Shown: piece after piece, positions 1-10,793 of the stretch
Layout: each line of letters begins with the position of its first letter
How positions within the stretch are numbered: position 1 is the first letter of the stretch
From: an uncultured Clostridia bacterium
Lineage (GTDB): Bacteria > Bacillota > Clostridia > Christensenellales > Borkfalkiaceae
Assembly (NCBI GenBank): GCA_944327625.1
Contig: CALVHL010000025.1
Coordinates: 19,648-83,647, forward strand
DNA length: 64,000 bases
Direction: 5' to 3'
Notes under the pieces: model-generated
What the model was told of the DNA's origin: nothing
Seen by the model: the letters and a program-made list of their open reading frames with translations, nothing else
Database searches by the model: none
Position numbers and translations under genes: made by a program

Positions 1-2726
1 GCCGTGCCTGCGGTTATCTGCTGAGCGGTTTCTTCGGGCAACCAGCTGAGATCTGCCGCGAAGTCGATGTCTGCCGTGAGAATATATATCTTGGAGGAAT
101 CGTTGCTGAGCAGAACGTCCTTCAACTGAGCCGCGGTGCCTATTTCAACCGTCTGAACCGCCGTAGAGTAAACCTCGGAGGTTACGTCGCCGTAGAGGTT
201 GGTAAGTACGTAGTAGACGTTATATGCGCCGCTGTTGGCATTCTCGAACTGAGCCGCGATAGAGTCGCTGCGGAATTCGTAAGCCGTACCCTTGGAAACC
301 ACTTCCTCCGCCGTTATGTTTTCGACGGGCTGTGCGGATGCGTAGGAGTAGAGAATACCCGTAGGGCTGTTCATCTCGCCGCTTATGATATAGCCGTCCT
401 TGTTGACGTTAATCGTAGGCGTTGAAGCGAAGTCGACGTCTGCAAACGAGCTTGCGACATAGATAGTATAGGTGAAGGTCGTCTTCTGTTCGCCGAGCTT
501 TATGGTCTTTTCTACGACGTAAACGCCTGCGACGCCCGTCGTGAAGTGATGAACTTCTACCGAGTTGTCCGACTTGGTCTCTGCATACTTATATACGCTT
601 TCGATCTCGTAGAGCGATTCGTCAAGCAGCTTGCCGTTATAGTCTGCGGCGTTGCTTACGTAGATTTCAGGCTCGGTCGCGTCGGTGAACTGGTCGAAGA
701 TGAGGCTGTCGCCGTCCATGCCGTCGATTATTACGTCGCCGATAGTCGGAACGTCCGCCTTGACGGTGATGACAAATTCCCTCTTCATGCTGACCGTCTT
801 ATCCTCGGTCGAAGTGATTGTCGCGGTGAGGGTAACCTGCTTATCCTCTGCGCCGCGGTAAACTATCGCCCTCGCGTCATGCGCGCCCGAATAGGAAACG
901 GTCGTATCGGTATCGATATCGATGATATTCTTGTCGCTCGTCGTCCAGGTTATAGTCACGTCTTCCATTACGGTCGTGAGGTCGAAATCCTGGAAGGTCG
1001 CCTCGGTTGACGTGTTGACGTACAGCGTAGCGTGTGCGGAAGTTACCGCAGCGTCAGCCGCGCCGTCGCAGTTGGAAGCGTTGACATAGTCGGGATGAAT
1101 ATAATCGTCCCAGCTCGTACCGTTGAGGTCAGAGCCTATCTTGTGTTCGTCGCCGAACATTCCCGCATAAGCCGTATCCTTGATATTGAGCATAGTGCCC
1201 ATATTGATGGAGTTATCCGCATTGCGGTAGGTTTCGTGCACGTCGTGGTTGCCCTTGCCCGAGAGGTTATATACATAATTGCTGTATACGCCGTCGGTAA
1301 GCGTCCACGTTACGGGCAGCTGCTCGAATACGTCGGCGCTGATTGCATCAACCTGAGTACCCTTCTGAGCGTAAGGCTCGGAAACATCCGAAGCGTCAAC
1401 CCATTCTTCAATCTTGTACGCCTTGCCTGCCGCGTTGTCGAATAAGCAGTACTCTGCCGCGCCCCTGTAAGCGTCGCTTCCGAGATGCGTAGAGTCATTA
1501 TTGACGGAAAGCACATTAGAGAGGATATTGTAGCTGTAATCCTGCCTCGACATATCGATATTGTTGCAGGAATCGGCAGTAACGCCGCTCATTACAACCT
1601 GACCGTTCGCGTCAACTATTGCAGAGTTGTTGTATGCCGTAACGTTTTTAATGTTGAGAACCCCGGGGTTGGAGTTGTCGGTTACGCCGTGCATTCTGTT
1701 GCTGAACGCCAGACAGTTATACATGAACACGTCGCCTTCCATTACCGAACCGCCGAGCTTGAAGCCGTTGCCGTCTCCGTCGCGGGTATAATAGGAAGAA
1801 GTGTCGGGCTCATTGTATCCCGTATCATAGTTGGGGAACTTGGCATTGAACTCTGCCTGGCTCTCCATAAGGAAGCCGTTTTCGAATGCAACGCAGTTAT
1901 ACATTATGACCGCGCCGATATTGCCGGAGTCTGCCTTTGCATAGAGGTCCCAACCGTCGTCAGAGTTGCGGTATGCTATACAGCCGTCGAAGATATTGCC
2001 GTAGCCTATCGTCAGCTTTGCCGCGAAGCCGTCGGCGTTTTCGCCGTAGGTCTCGTTATCATAGTTGTTGTAGGACGTGCAGTTCTTGATGAGGTTATAG
2101 CTCGGCCAGTCGTTGATATTGTTGTATTCGCTGAGGCTTCTGCCGAGCTGTAAGCCCGTATCGCGGTTGTCATAGAATTCGGAATTCTCTACGACGTTGT
2201 AGCTGCCGCCGATATACATGCCGTTATCGCCCGCGCCGCAGATGTCGACGTCTATCCAGTGCCAATAGTCGCCGACTATTTCGACGCCGCGGTTGGTGCT
2301 TAAAAATACCATGTCATAGAATTTGAGCACGGCATTGCCTTCCGCTTCCTCTTTCTTTACGGTGATATAGCCGTCGGTCGAACCGCTTGCCGTCAGCTTC
2401 ATTGCCGCATTCACCTCGTATTCGCCGTTCTTGACGATTACGGTGTCGCCCGGCTGAAGCGTGCTGCCCGTGAGCAGCGTGTAGATGTTATAGGGAGAAG
2501 CTTCTGTGCCTTCGCCCTCGCCCCTCGCCACGTCGGGAGCGACGTAGTACGTCTTGCCCTCGACCTTGTTGGTTATTGTATAGTTGCTCTGTACAGGGGT
2601 TGCGCCTTCTTCTGCCGCGGTGAATACCATATCGCCCGTAGCGGCAAGACTGCCGAATACAACGGAGGCAGATAACGCCGCAATTATCGCGCCTTTATAG
2701 AGCTTTTTATTTATAGCTTTACTCAT
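1..2726 (-). CDS. secreted pectate lyase-like right-handed beta-helix protein (PL9-like); the C-terminal end runs off the window
   Basis: ATG at 2724-2726 (minus) is preceded by GGAGG. Hand translation gives a signal peptide (MSKAINKKLYKGAIIAALSASVVFGSLAATG...), then NADGFAAK (2016-2039) and RNSDDGWDLY (1941-1970), motifs typical of PL9-type beta-helix lyases. The frame was open wherever I translated it (2726-1900 and 300-240). It is absent from the ORF track because no stop codon lies inside the window. The + ORFs at 546-2153 are its antisense shadows. Confidence 0.7.
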   Translation of the reverse strand, partial: MSKAINKKLYKGAIIAALSASVVFGSLAATGDMVFTAAEEGATPVQSNYTITNKVEGKTYYVAPDVARGEGEGTEASPYNIYTLLTGSTLQPGDTVIVKNGEYEVNAAMKLTASGSTDGYITVKKEEAEGNAVLKFYDMVFLSTNRGVEIVGDYWHWIDVDICGAGDNGMYIGGSYNVVENSEFYDNRDTGLQLGRSLSEYNNINDWPSYNLIKNCTSYNNYDNETYGENADGFAAKLTIGYGNIFDGCIAYRNSDDGWDLYAKADSGNIGAVIMYNCVAFENGFLMESQAEFNAKFPNYDTGYNEPDTSSYYTRDGDGNGFKLGGSVMEGDVFMYNCLAFSNRMHGVTDNSNPGVLNIKNVTAYNNSAIVDANGQVVMSGVTADSCNNIDMSRQDYSYNILSNVLSVNNDSTHLGSDAYRGAAEYCLFDNAAGKAYKIEEWVDASDVSEPYAQKGTQVDAISADVFEQLPVTWTLTDGVYSNYVYNLSGKGNHDVHETYRNADNSINMGTMLNIKDTAYAGMFGDEHKIGSDLNGTSWDDYIHPDYVNASNCDGAADAAVTSAHATLYVNTSTEATFQDFDLTTVMEDVTITWTTSDKNIIDIDTDTTVSYSGAHDARAIVYRGAEDKQVTLTATITSTEDKTVSMKREFVITVKADVPTIGDVIIDGMDGDSLIFDQFTDATEPEIYVSNAADYNGKLLDESLYEIESVYKYAETKSDNSVEVHHFTTGVAGVYVVEKTIKLGEQKTTFTYTIYVASSFADVDFASTPTINVNKDGYIISGEMNSPTGILYSYASAQPVENITAEEVVSKGTAYEFRSDSIAAQFENANSGAYNVYYVLTNLYGDVTSEVYSTAVQTVEIGTAAQLKDVLLSNDSSKIYILTADIDFAADLSWLPEETAQQITAGT

Positions 2727-2743
2727 TGCTTTCTACCTCCTTC

Positions 2744-4672
2744 TCAGTGCGTATCGACCATGGTTATGGTCTGAATACGTCCGCCCCTCGTCGTCGTACC
2801 GCTGGGTGCGCATATCGTGTATACTCCCGCTTCGCTGACTTCGAACGTAAGCGTTACATACGCAGTACCCGTAACTTCGTAAGTACCGGCATCTTCTCCG
2901 TCCGCTACCGCAGTTGCGCCCGTCGAGACACTCGCGGGGATATATGCGCCGCTTGCGTCCTTAATGCCGAACCTCGAATTATTGCTGCCGCCCGTCGAAG
3001 ATACCGTGAGCGTGATAGTACCCGTGCCAAGGAAGGTAACCTGCAATCTGTCGCCCTTGATCTCTATGCAGCCGCCGCCGCTCGTTCTGTACTGGTCAGA
3101 GCTGCCGCTGCCGTCCGCTATGAACGTAAGGAACGCGTTGCTGCCCGTAAACTTATCCGCACTGAGCGCAGTTTTGTCTGCGGGAGCTACGCCTTCTACC
3201 GTGAGGGCTGCCGTCAGCTCGCTGTAACTGAACGAGTAGTTATCGGTAACCACCGTGCCGCTGCCGCCGACGGTATCCACCATGGTTATGGTCTGAATAC
3301 GTCCGCCCCTCGTCGTCGTGCCGCTGGGTGCGCATATCGTGTATACTCCCGCTTCGCTGACTTCGAACGTAAGCGTTACATAAGTAGTACCCGTAACTTC
3401 GTAAGTACCTGCGTCCTCTCCGTCCGCTACCGCAGTCGCACCCGTCGAGACACTCGCGGGGATATATGCGCCGCTTGCATTTTTAAGACCGAACCTCGAA
3501 TTATTGCTGCCGCCCGTCGAAGATACCGTGAGCGTAATACTACCCGTACCCTCGAAAGTAACCTGCAATCTGTCGCCCTTGATCTCTATGCAGCCGCCGC
3601 CGCTCGTTCTGTACTGGTCAGAGCTGCCGCTGCCGTCTGCTATGAACGTAAGGAACGCGTTGCTGCCAGTGAACTTATCCGCGCTGAGCGCAGTTTTGTC
3701 TGCGGGAGCTACGCCGTTGACAGTGAGAGCCGCAGTAAGCTCTTCATAGCTGAACGCATAGTTATTTACCTGCGTTTCGCCGCCCGTCTGAGGCGCGGTT
3801 ACGGTGTAGTTTACCGTTGTCTCCTGCTTCTCAAGCTCGCCCTTGGCGTTGGTATATTCATAGTAGATATTCGCAACGCCCGCGTCGGTCGCGGAGGTCG
3901 TCTTTACGTTGTCGATCTTAACGTCGTCTGCCGTGAGGGGCAGGGTTGCGCCGCTCTTGAAGGTCGCCGTGAAGGTCCAGGTGGGCGACATGAGGTCTGT
4001 CGTGCCTGCTTCCTGAGTGGTCACGGTGCCTGCCGCTTCCGCATTGAACTGTATGGAAATGAGTTCGTCAACTACGTATACGATGACGAAGCTTTCAACT
4101 TTCTTGTTCGTGCCGTTGCTGTCTATTTCGGCTTCTACCCAGATATTGTACGCACCTGCTCCCAGTGCGCTGACATCTGCCGCGGTAAGCGTCTTGCCCT
4201 CTGCCTGCAAGGGTTCTGCGCCCTTATAGCCGTACATAGCATACTCGGTGACGGTCTCCCCGTCCGTGCCGTCGCTGAGTACGGTATTGACCTTGATGTC
4301 GTCGAGCGCAACTGCCGCAGTAGTGCTGCCGTCAAGGACGTATTCCTTTGCCGTCTTGGTCATCTCGATGCCGACCGCATAGGGGGTTATAGGCATCTGG
4401 TCATAGTCGCAGACGTCGCATACGCCGTCATTGTTTGCGTCGACGTGCGCCGCCTCATCGCTTTTCAGGTCGCTGTGCTCGCACGTTGCCGCGTGCCAGT
4501 GGTTGTTTTCGTCACACGACCAGTCGGGCGAATAGGTATGCTCATGCTGTTCTCCCCCGGGAGGCGGCGTCGTCGTGTCGCTGCACCCTTCGCAACCTGC
4601 CATGAGCACCATACCCGCACTTACAGCGGACGCAAGGGCGATCGCTGAAAGAATTTTGGTTAATTTGTTCAT
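2744..4672 (-). CDS. cell-surface lipoprotein with a His/Cys-rich N-terminal motif, Ig-like region and two tandem 164-aa beta-sandwich (putative carbohydrate-binding) modules
   Basis: ATG at 4670-4672 follows GGAGGAAAGGA. There is a lipobox signal peptide (...VLMAGC). The stop lies 17 bp upstream of the lyase start, so the two genes are probably co-transcribed. The C-terminal half is an internal duplication. Confidence 0.75.
   Translation of the reverse strand: MNKLTKILSAIALASAVSAGMVLMAGCEGCSDTTTPPPGGEQHEHTYSPDWSCDENNHWHAATCEHSDLKSDEAAHVDANNDGVCDVCDYDQMPITPYAVGIEMTKTAKEYVLDGSTTAAVALDDIKVNTVLSDGTDGETVTEYAMYGYKGAEPLQAEGKTLTAADVSALGAGAYNIWVEAEIDSNGTNKKVESFVIVYVVDELISIQFNAEAAGTVTTQEAGTTDLMSPTWTFTATFKSGATLPLTADDVKIDNVKTTSATDAGVANIYYEYTNAKGELEKQETTVNYTVTAPQTGGETQVNNYAFSYEELTAALTVNGVAPADKTALSADKFTGSNAFLTFIADGSGSSDQYRTSGGGCIEIKGDRLQVTFEGTGSITLTVSSTGGSNNSRFGLKNASGAYIPASVSTGATAVADGEDAGTYEVTGTTYVTLTFEVSEAGVYTICAPSGTTTRGGRIQTITMVDTVGGSGTVVTDNYSFSYSELTAALTVEGVAPADKTALSADKFTGSNAFLTFIADGSGSSDQYRTSGGGCIEIKGDRLQVTFLGTGTITLTVSSTGGSNNSRFGIKDASGAYIPASVSTGATAVADGEDAGTYEVTGTAYVTLTFEVSEAGVYTICAPSGTTTRGGRIQTITMVDTH
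2750..3763 (-). repeat. intragenic tandem duplication, period 522 bp (copies 2750-3241 and 3272-3763, 30-bp linker)
   Basis: The string catggttatggtctgaatacgtccgcccctcgtcgtcgt occurs at 2759 and again at 3281. The two 164-aa protein copies differ at about 8 residues by eye. Confidence 0.9.
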
Positions 4673-4910
4673 TCCTTTCCTCCATTTTCGGCGGCAATAC
4701 GCTTGTCCGTCAGCTTTTCGGGCACGGACGGGAATTTGCCTCCCCGTCCCGATCTTACGTACAGACGCAATACCGCACTTTTTTGCATATTATATTTTAT
4801 CACGCGCGCCCGCCCGTGTCAACATATCATTGTAAAATATTATCTTTTACTGTTAAGGTTTAACTGATTTTTACGGATTTTTTTGCGCTTTTCTGACATT
4901 AAAACGCATT

Positions 4911-4939
4911 GCGCGGGGCGAAATTCCCTTCGCCCGCGC
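4911..4939 (-). terminator. GC-rich hairpin downstream of the GH105 gene
   Basis: The stem-loop is gcgcggggcgaa-attccc-ttcgcccgcgc, 30 bp past the GH105 stop. The U-tract on the minus strand is weak (aatgcgtttt). Confidence 0.45.
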
Positions 4940-4968
4940 AAAATTGCTTAGTTTTTCTTAAATTTTTA

Positions 4969-6099
4969 TTAAAGTTGCTTTATTTCGGTATACGCCATTA
5001 CGAACGGTCCCGTGCCCTTGGCGTCGTTCTCGACGACGGGCTCGGAAATATAGTACTCGTAACTGCCGTCCCTGCGGCGATTACTCTCGGGGCCGAGCCC
5101 CGCAACCAGACATATTCCGCCGAGGTTGAGCTTGCCGTCCGTTTGGGTGAGGTATTTCTTGCAAATACCCTCGAATACTGCCTTGCCGACCGCCGAGAAC
5201 CGCGCGTCCACATAACCGAGGCGCGCGCCTTTGAGCATTGCGTAGGCGATCATGGACGAGCCCGAAGTTTCGGGATAGTTGCCCTCGTCGCCCACTCTGT
5301 CGACGACCTGCCAGAACATATTAGTGTCGGGATCGATATACCTTTCCAGCCCCTCTATGGTGTTGCGGAAGATTTCGGCGAGCGTCGCCTTCTCCTCCTT
5401 CTTGTCCTCGGGCATATAGGAGAGTACGTCTATGAGCCCTACGGTGTACCAGCCGATAGAGCGAAGCCAGAAATTTTTGGAAAGCCCCGTCGTCTTGTCC
5501 GCCCAGAAAGCAGTCTTGCTTGCGTCCCAGCCGTGATAGTAGAGCCGCTTATTCTTGTCGTACATATTGTCATATATGCTGACAAACTGCTTTACTATCT
5601 CCGAAAAGTCGCCGTCGCCGCGCTCTGCGACGTAGCGGGTATAGAACACTTCCGACATATATATGCCGTCCAGCCAGACCTGGTTGGGATAGATGAGCTT
5701 ATGCCAGAAGTTGCCGTATTCCGTGCGCGGCTGTCTGACTATCTGTTCGTGCAGCAGCTCTATCGCCTTATTGTACTTCTCCTTGCCCGTCTCGGCATAC
5801 AGGTCGAAAAGTATTCTGCCCTCGTTGAGATTGTCGAGGTTGTACGTTTCGAGGTCGTAGCCGAGTATGCTGCCGTCCTCGCGCACGTAGTAGTCGACGA
5901 ACTTATCGATGAAATCGAGATATTTTCTGTCGCCCGTCTGCCTGTATATGCTGTAAAGCGAGGTCATCATGCAGCCGTCGATATAGTTCCAGCCAGGCTT
6001 TTTGCCATGGCGGATATTCTCTATGTTCCATATCGGCGCGTCGGGCGTAGTCTCCTCGATGAGCCTGTCGATATACCTGTCAATTATTTCATAAGCCAT
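4969..6099 (-). CDS. unsaturated rhamnogalacturonyl/galacturonyl hydrolase, GH105 (YteR/YesR-like)
   Basis: 376 aa with NQVWLDGIYM, HGWDASK, FWLRSIGW and PETSGSSMIAYAMLKG segments typical of GH105. ATG start with a G-rich RBS. Confidence 0.85.
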   Translation of the reverse strand: MAYEIIDRYIDRLIEETTPDAPIWNIENIRHGKKPGWNYIDGCMMTSLYSIYRQTGDRKYLDFIDKFVDYYVREDGSILGYDLETYNLDNLNEGRILFDLYAETGKEKYNKAIELLHEQIVRQPRTEYGNFWHKLIYPNQVWLDGIYMSEVFYTRYVAERGDGDFSEIVKQFVSIYDNMYDKNKRLYYHGWDASKTAFWADKTTGLSKNFWLRSIGWYTVGLIDVLSYMPEDKKEEKATLAEIFRNTIEGLERYIDPDTNMFWQVVDRVGDEGNYPETSGSSMIAYAMLKGARLGYVDARFSAVGKAVFEGICKKYLTQTDGKLNLGGICLVAGLGPESNRRRDGSYEYYISEPVVENDAKGTGPFVMAYTEIKQL

Positions 6100-6116
6100 A
6101 AATCTCCCCCCCCGCG

Positions 6117-7658
6117 TCAGGCAATTGTCAGCTTATCGCACTTCTTTTTGATTATCTTGTCGCCCTCTACGCCCTCGAAAGTGACGTTTTTGAGCGTAAG
6201 ACTTTCGACGTTGTCGACGTAGATGCCTTCCTTGCAGTAATCTCTGACAAATTCGAGCATTGCGGGCTTGAAGGGCTTTGCGTCCTGCTTGAACGAGAAG
6301 GAGACGTTTTCAAGCACTATCTCCTTGACGGGCTGTTCGACGAGACCGTCGAAATATGCGCACATACACTCGCAATCGACGCACTCTATGTCCCTGAAAT
6401 GGAACCTGCCCATATACGGCGTGTCGTCGCCGACGGGGTGCGGCTCTCTCGAATAGACGTATTCGGTATGTCCGTCCGGATCGCAGAAATAATACATATT
6501 GATGACGAGCGGGGTGATGACGTTCTCCATTTTGATATTTTCAAAGAGTACGCCGTCGATTATGCAGTCCTTGCCCCTGCCGCGCCTCGACTTAATCCTC
6601 AGCCCCCTGTCGGTGTGTCTGAATACGCACTGGCAGACGGTCAGATTCTTTACGCCGCCCGAAATTTCGCTGCCCAGCACTATCGCGCCGTGTCCGTCGC
6701 GGAACAGGTCGTTCCTTATGGTGTGGTGGTTTGCGGGAGTCTTGTACTTCGCACCCATGTAGAGCTTGCCCGATTTGAGCGCGACGCAGTCGTCGCCCAC
6801 CGAGAATATGCAGCCGACTATCTCGACGTTGTCGCAGCTCTCGGGATCGAGCCCGTCGGTATTGGGACCGGTGTACGGGTTCTGCACCCTTATGTCGTAG
6901 AAGCCGAGGTTATTCGAGAAGAAGGGGTGCAGGTTCCACGCCGCCGAGTTCTTGCAGGTTACGCCGTGGAATACGACGTTTTCGCACTTGTTGAGCGTCA
7001 CCAGCCTCGGACGGGCGACCGCCCTGCCCTTGGGCGTTGCCCACCACGTCGATTTGTCGGCGTTGCCGTTGATTGCGCCCTCGCCGATAATCCTGATATT
7101 CTTCTGCTTGTACGCCGAAACAAAGGATTGGTGACAGGGGTGAGGGTTGCCCTCCCACGTCGCAAGCACTTCCTCCGTACCGTCGTCGTGCTCTATCTTG
7201 GCGGGAACGTAGGGATAGTGCTCCTCGACTATGTCGCCGAGCAGTTCGCCGCCCTTGTATATCTCGATAGTTATGTCCGAACGAAGCACTATCGGACGAA
7301 CGTAATAACTGCCCTCGGGTATGATTACTCTGCCGCCTTTGGGGCAACTGTCTATCGCCATCTGAACGTAATAGGTATCGTCCGAAACGCCGTCGCCCTT
7401 TGCGCCTAAATCGCGGACGTTGACCGTGCCGCTCTCCTTTTCGGTGCGGAAGGTCATAGTGTAGCCGTCGAGCGTCGTTCCGACGGTATATTGGGTGTCG
7501 GGGGTGAGGTTAAAGAGCGAAAATACGTTACAATCCTTCTCCTCCCCCGTCTTTTTGCCGCCAAGAAGCACCGTATATTTTTCGGGGCTGTAATAGGCGT
7601 TGTCATTTTCAAGCTCGAAACAAGCCGAAGTGCTTGAAACAAACAGCTTTTTAAACAC
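6117..7658 (-). CDS. GH28 (exo-)polygalacturonase
   Basis: The four GH28 signatures are present: NTDGLDP, GDDCVALKSG, GHGAIVLGSE and RGLRIKS. GTG start at 7656-7658, 6 nt after AAGGAGGAG. Confidence 0.9.
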   Translation of the reverse strand: MFKKLFVSSTSACFELENDNAYYSPEKYTVLLGGKKTGEEKDCNVFSLFNLTPDTQYTVGTTLDGYTMTFRTEKESGTVNVRDLGAKGDGVSDDTYYVQMAIDSCPKGGRVIIPEGSYYVRPIVLRSDITIEIYKGGELLGDIVEEHYPYVPAKIEHDDGTEEVLATWEGNPHPCHQSFVSAYKQKNIRIIGEGAINGNADKSTWWATPKGRAVARPRLVTLNKCENVVFHGVTCKNSAAWNLHPFFSNNLGFYDIRVQNPYTGPNTDGLDPESCDNVEIVGCIFSVGDDCVALKSGKLYMGAKYKTPANHHTIRNDLFRDGHGAIVLGSEISGGVKNLTVCQCVFRHTDRGLRIKSRRGRGKDCIIDGVLFENIKMENVITPLVINMYYFCDPDGHTEYVYSREPHPVGDDTPYMGRFHFRDIECVDCECMCAYFDGLVEQPVKEIVLENVSFSFKQDAKPFKPAMLEFVRDYCKEGIYVDNVESLTLKNVTFEGVEGDKIIKKKCDKLTIA

Positions 7659-8385
7659 TTGCGTTCTCCTCCTTAATCTTTCTGTGCCGTCTGACGAGGT
7701 ATACTATCAGATCCTTTATTCCGATGAAAATCATATCGGCTATGAAGCAGAATACTCCGTAGAGCAGCGGCTCGACGCCGACGTTTATGTTTGCTCCGCC
7801 CTCCGTTCCCTTAATGACGTCGATGAGCAGATTGAGCCCCGTATACATATAGTTTACGACCAATACGACGACCATATAGTACGCCACGTTGGCAAAGAAC
7901 GTCCAGAATTTTTTGAACGGGAAGGGGAACATCATATAGTTGTCGTATTCCCTGTCGGACGACTGGAAATAGCGCATCGCTGGGTTGACGAGCAGGTCGA
8001 CGACTATGCCGAGCACCACACCTGTCAGCAACATACGGTTTTCGTCGTTGGTTATTATGCTGCCCAACCCCATGCCTATGAGGTAGCACACCATTCCCGC
8101 AAACCAGAACTTGATGACGAACGCCTTGATGAACGTCGGCACCCTCGACAGTCTGTCGAGTTTGTAGGGGTTGAACTCCTTATCCTTGCCGCGCGTCTTG
8201 TATTCGCGCTCCACGCCCTGTTCGGCGGCTTCCGTGCCTATGCACTCCTCAATGTTATAGCTTATTTCCTTCTGTTCGGTCGGGGTTTCGTTTTTGAGAA
8301 TGGATACCAGCTCGTCTACCTGGTCGACGCGCAGGTCATAATAATTCTCTATATTTGTCTCTTTATGTTTCTTTTTCTTTGACAT
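7651..8385 (-). CDS. hypothetical polytopic membrane protein (charged N-terminal domain plus about 4 TM helices)
   Basis: The ORF overlaps the GH28 start by 8 nt (coupled). I chose the ATG at 8383-8385. The track start at 8439 is a TTG, and neither start has a clear RBS. I recognised no family motif. Confidence 0.55.
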   Translation of the reverse strand: MSKKKKHKETNIENYYDLRVDQVDELVSILKNETPTEQKEISYNIEECIGTEAAEQGVEREYKTRGKDKEFNPYKLDRLSRVPTFIKAFVIKFWFAGMVCYLIGMGLGSIITNDENRMLLTGVVLGIVVDLLVNPAMRYFQSSDREYDNYMMFPFPFKKFWTFFANVAYYMVVVLVVNYMYTGLNLLIDVIKGTEGGANINVGVEPLLYGVFCFIADMIFIGIKDLIVYLVRRHRKIKEENASV

Positions 8386-8456
8386 TTTGGCCTGTTTAGA
8401 GCAATAACCGACAATGGTCGCATTGCCGGTTATTCGCAATCTGTTTTATTATTGTT

Positions 8457-9119
8457 TTAGTCCTCGATTTCGATTGCCTTCATGCTTTCGGCGGTCGATT
8501 CGAGTTCCTTTCTCGTATTGATCTTCATGATGAGCTTTCTGTAAAGAGGTAACGTAAGCAACAGCACGAGACCTACGCCCAGAAGAATGATGTGCGTTAC
8601 GCTGAACGTAAGCGAATTCTTGATGAGAATAGCCGCTTCCGTACCTGCCATATCGGGCTTATTTACGTACTGCTCGATATAGTTGGCATTCATCAGGTTA
8701 TAATATACGCCTTCGCAAACTATCATGCAGACAATCATGACAATCGTCACGACGAGCATTATTATGTTGATGTGAAGCTTTATTCCCGACTCCGTTAAGG
8801 TCAATACCGTCTTGGATCCGGGCTTTTTAAGCTTGGGGAACGTGTTCATATAAGCGACAAGCATAAGTATGGAGAACAGCGTATTTATGAACACCATCAG
8901 ACCTACCCACTCTACGTCCTTGGCATACATTATGATTGCCTCGGAATATACCGTCAGGGTAAGAAGATTATAAACTGTGACGATGGCGAAATATAAAAGC
9001 GCTATGTTCTGCGGTTTACGCTTTATATTAACTATCTTTTTTCTGCCCCACTCCTTAAATCCGCCAGCGGAGGATTTGGTTTTTTCGGGGACAGCAACCG
9101 TCTTTTCGTTTTCTGACAT
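8457..9119 (-). CDS. hypothetical polytopic membrane protein
   Basis: ATG follows AAGGAGG. 220 aa with 4-5 hydrophobic helices and a charged C-terminal tail. No recognisable motif. Confidence 0.6.
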   Translation of the reverse strand: MSENEKTVAVPEKTKSSAGGFKEWGRKKIVNIKRKPQNIALLYFAIVTVYNLLTLTVYSEAIIMYAKDVEWVGLMVFINTLFSILMLVAYMNTFPKLKKPGSKTVLTLTESGIKLHINIIMLVVTIVMIVCMIVCEGVYYNLMNANYIEQYVNKPDMAGTEAAILIKNSLTFSVTHIILLGVGLVLLLTLPLYRKLIMKINTRKELESTAESMKAIEIED

Positions 9120-9130
9120 GACCGACCTCC

Positions 9131-10190
<1,060 letters not shown>

Positions 10191-10198
<8 letters not shown>

Positions 10199-10793
10199 TT
10201 ACTTCACCCCCTGCGGAAATCTGCTGATCGGGCTCTTCTTTAAGTGCGGCTTCGAGATCAACCTTGCCCTCGTTGACATCCCTAACGAACTTTTCAAGTC
10301 TGTTAGCCCTGATAAAGCCGATTACGCCTGCCGCGATGAGGCTGGCTGCGGACAATACGAGGAAGACAATGAGGAGAATTAAGGTATCTATCTCAAAAAT
10401 ATAGTTAAGGTTGCCGCTTACGCCCGCTTTGAGCGGAGTAAGATATGTTGTGAGCGGGTAGATGAATATGCGCGCTATCTGAATGGCTGCAAGTACCCAC
10501 AGCACTATGGAGAAGCGCTTGTCATAACCCTTGACTCTCTCGGACGAAAGGAAGGTTACGAGCAGCATTATGAGGTTTATTATGACCGATGCGCCCATGA
10601 TATAGCTGTATACGGGAGTATCGTTGTCAAACATGCCTTTTATACCATCGGGGCATACCTGCTTATACATAAACATAAGGTACAGGCAGTTGAACGCTAT
10701 TCCGAGAAGAGCAAGGTTAGCCGCAAGCTTATTCTTGCCGTATCTCATGACGTCGTTTGCTATTACGGGATTGGAAATGACCTTCTTTTTCAT
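10191..10793 (-). CDS. hypothetical polytopic membrane protein
   Basis: ATG follows AAGGAGG. 200 aa with about 5 TM helices and an acidic C-terminal tail. It overlaps the ATPase start by 8 nt. Confidence 0.6.

Noticed and set aside
546-2153. Three + strand ORFs (546-1010, 1032-1445, 1485-2153).
   Set aside because: They are antisense shadows of the edge-truncated beta-helix lyase gene on the minus strand. They are Val/Arg/Ala-rich, have no motifs and have no RBS.
2726-4648. 640-aa + strand ORF, the longest + ORF in the first 5 kb.
   Set aside because: It is the exact antisense of the RBS-supported lipoprotein gene at 2744-4672. Its translation is Arg/Ala-rich and low-complexity, and it merely mirrors the internal duplication. 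It has no RBS.
4909-7409. + strand ORFs 4909-6222 (437 aa) and 6399-7409 (336 aa).
   Set aside because: They lie opposite the motif-rich GH105 and GH28 genes. High-GC third positions keep the antisense frame open.
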